Shown here piece after piece: positions 61,147-64,000 of a stretch of 64,000 nt of DNA. The position numbers and the translations under genes were made by a program. The first letter of the stretch is position 1. Every line of letters begins with the position of its first letter. The DNA comes from Eutreptiella sp. 'Long Island Sound 2002' (taxonomy: Eukaryota; Protista; Euglenida): positions 20,398,001 to 20,462,000 of the forward strand of contig OZ038379.1 of the NCBI GenBank assembly GCA_964036045.1. The letters are read 5' to 3'. The notes below the pieces were generated by a model. That model saw nothing but the letters and a program-made list of their open reading frames with translations. It ran no database searches and had not been told where the DNA came from.

Positions 61147-61547
61147 CTCCCGCCCCCTTGTATAAGCTACGCCCTTGTCCAAGCTACAGTAGGCGTAGGG
61201 ACCGTATTAATTTGGGACCTAATGTTTATTCGGTACCAAACGTAGTGCAGCCACATAAGACATGGGTTTGGTGACGGATTTGCGAGTCACATAGAGTCAT
61301 GGACACATTTGTTGTGAGTGTTTGCGCACTTGACCCAGATAGCTCTGATTTTGGGGATGTTTGTGCATTATATGCCCCTTTCTTGCACCAGCTCACCATG
61401 CAATCCTCTCTTTTTGAACGTGGGTGCCCATTGTTGGTAGTTGTATGTGTCGCGCGCAAGCTACGCCCGTGTCCAAGCTACAGTAGGCGTAGGGACCGTA
61501 TTAATTTGGGACTTTGGTGTAGCTTATACAAGGGGGGGGGGGCGGGG
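61147..61547 (+). mobile_element. ~400-bp MITE with C-rich TIRs and TA TSD
   Basis: TIR core CCCCCTTGTATAAGCTAC / GTAGCTTATACAAGGGGG. TA at 61145-61146 and 61548-61549. Subterminal AAGCTACGCCC(T/G)TGTCCAAGCTAC repeats. An inverted left end at 62300-62483 and a right end at 63150-63266. Confidence 0.85.
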
Positions 61548-63299
61548 TAATATGGAGTCACCGGAAAAGCAGTTGATGCGCAAACCCGGGTGGTTGCTGA
61601 CGGTTGGACGGCCGGAAGTTGGTAGCAGTGGAACGAACAAGCGCTCCCGGGGGGGGGGGGGGGGCATCAAGGTCAAATGTGAAATTGTCTATATTGTTTC
61701 TCTCAAGCCACCAGGGGAAAACACATTTTTGGTAGGTGAGAGCAGGACAGTCATCCCTCTGCTCCTAAGTGCTGCCTCTGCCCCTTGGTGTCCCCCCCAT
61801 GCTGGCGCTGGCAGTGCTTCACATTAGATCATTCTGATGACAATGAAGTTTGAAGGGTGCTCACAACCACAGACAATGTTGAAAATTTCACAGAGGGCCA
61901 GGGGTTCCGAATCACCAAGTGGTACCCAATGGGTACCCAATACAATTTCGCCACCTCTCAATCCCGAAAATTTGCCTGTGGTAATCGCGATGCTTCGGTT
62001 ACCTCTTGGCACTGCACACACCTTTGTTGCCTTAACCCTTGTCGGATACCCATGAAAATCATGACCTCCTGAGAGCACAGAAAAATGCACCAAACATCAT
62101 CTTCTCCGGAGGTACCTTCATCCATGTTGGCACAAGCAATGAAGAATGCGAAGCCTACAAATGTTCGGCTCGGAAACCCGTCTTGCGATCATACACCATG
62201 CGGAACAATTGCACATGCTCACCTCTTGAAGATGCCTTGGGCTGAGGCTTAGGGGCTGGTTTGGGCTCGGGCAACTTCAAATTCTTGGAAATCAAATTGC
62301 CTTGCATGTGGCATGTTGCATGTGTTCATGGCTCCATGTAATTGGCAAATGTGACGACAAACCCATGTCTCATGTGGCCGCACTACATTTCGTACGCAAT
62401 TAAAATTGCGTACACAATTATTACGGTCCCTACGCCTACTGTAGCTTGGACAAGGGTGTAGCTTATACAAGAGGGGGGGCGGGTAGGTGCACCGAAAATC
62501 ATTGTGGAAGTATACACAATGCCAGAGGGGAAGGTTGGACTTGTCTTGAGGTGGGGCTATTGACAGTGCCACTTGCTGGACCCTGGAGTGCGCCTTTGCA
62601 GACTAGCCCAGGAAACGGAGCCCTGATGTGCGCACCATTCCCAATACGGAAGCATGTCCACACTGGGGTTAAAGCCCACTGATGTCGCCCATCGGTGAAG
62701 CTCCTCCACTGCTTTCACCCGGAACTTGTGCGGCTCCCTCAACATACTCAGAAATGGTGCCATAGCTCGATGCCTTAGAAAAATGTCTCAGCCTGGCAGC
62801 CCCAGGCCACCCTTTGAGTGCGGTCTCGACAAAATGGGAAGCGCCAGTCCTAGCTGTTTGTGCCCAATGTCAGGTGGTATACCAACTTCAGCTTACGAAC
62901 TACTGCCTGTGGCGTAGAACACTTGTGCAACCCACGAGACCACTAGCAGGATCCAAGAACGCAACATGAAAACTTGTTCATCCAAAGAAAGGCAAAGCGT
63001 GGAGACTATCTTTGCCCTCCGAACCGCTTCTTGTATTGTATTTATGGGAACCTGAAAATTTCATGTTCCCAAGGCTTTTTTGCGTTTGCACACACTTGCA
63101 AATGTGCCAGAGGTCAAGGTGCACTCATACCATGCGCGCGCATGCGTGTGTGTTGGTAGTTGTATGTGTTGCGCGCAAGCTACGCCCTTGTCCAAGCTAC
63201 CGTGGGCGTACAGACCGTAATAATTCCGTACATTGGCGTAGCTTGTACAGGGGGGGGGGGGGGGGGCACTACAACACCAAGTTGATTAGAGAAGGTGTG

Positions 63300-64000
63300 A
63301 TGACATGGGGGCAATATTAGGAAATCGACAACCCAAGGCTGCGCACATGGAGGACATCCTATTCGCGAGGGACCAGTGCATTGAACTCCGTGAAATCCAA
63401 GGAGGCTTTTGACTCACTGGTGGTACACACCATGAATTGGACCAAAGGTTGGCTACTCCAATTCTATGCATCCCAACCAAGCGTCCATGATCCGCAGCCA
63501 CCAGGAATGTGGGACTTATGGGCAACAACAGCACTGCTGTCCCATGCTAAAGATTTTGTCCAAAAGGTGCTTTGGAAGAAGTTAACGGTCCACGAACGCT
63601 CGGGCACGGATAAGTGCCTAGTTGGATTGCCCTATGTTCAAGGCAGTCCCGGCGGTTATTCGGCACTTTTATGGGTCTGTAACGTGGGAGGATAAAGAGA
63701 TGATGATCAGGGAAGCAACGGAGTCGGTCAATCAAGAGTGGTCGTTACAAACAACCCAGGGTCTGGCAGTCTAGTCTGTCGGAGAACCATACTGGAGGTA
63801 CCGATATGAAGTGAGAGCGGCAGCCAAACCGATTTTTACTTCCTTCCTAACGGCCTGGCTGCGGATGTTGAGTGAGTGTCTCCCATTCTTTCAAGGGGAT
63901 TGTAAGAATCAGTGGCACAAGTTTCTTCACTCCATGGAACGGCTCAGAGCAATGGGGGTACAACCAAGCAAGGGAGAGGATTGAGCTCATGGTGGCAGGT
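63300..64000 (+). pseudogene. Degenerate LINE 3' region (zf-RVT-like)
   Basis: WDLW...DFVQKVLWKKLTVHERSG...KC resembles post-RT zinc-binding regions. Confidence 0.5.

Overview
Eukaryotic, repeat-rich, intron-containing genomic DNA, most likely from a euglenid (Euglenozoa). Support: a WW-less kinetoplastid/plant-type Pin1, GT-AG introns, gag-YR-RT (VIPER/TATE-order) retroelements, and two matches to the euglenid spliced-leader (SL) sequence. Host genes: a multi-exon protein with two degenerate class III cyclase domains (696-6141), an intronless PIN1 (28559-28903), a PPPDE/DeSI isopeptidase (31309 to 35853 or beyond), an intronless ~600-aa secreted protein (46548-48350), a convergent small-intron gene on the minus strand (48466-49095 and upstream), and one exon at 60335-60642. 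Mobile DNA: a PIF/Harbinger-like family with 3-bp TSDs (four copies, one nested in another, one carrying an N6-adenine MTase fragment), a 5'-truncated APE-RT-RNaseH LINE with poly(A) and a 22-bp TSD, TA-flanked TIR elements (one with a cargo ORF), a gag-UGA-YR-RT tyrosine-recombinase retroelement, and hAT, Gypsy and LINE remnants. Top leads: SL relics (one just upstream of the intronless PIN1, suggesting a recycled mRNA) and the in-frame gag-stop-recombinase junction. All homology calls come from motif recognition by eye; no database searches were run.
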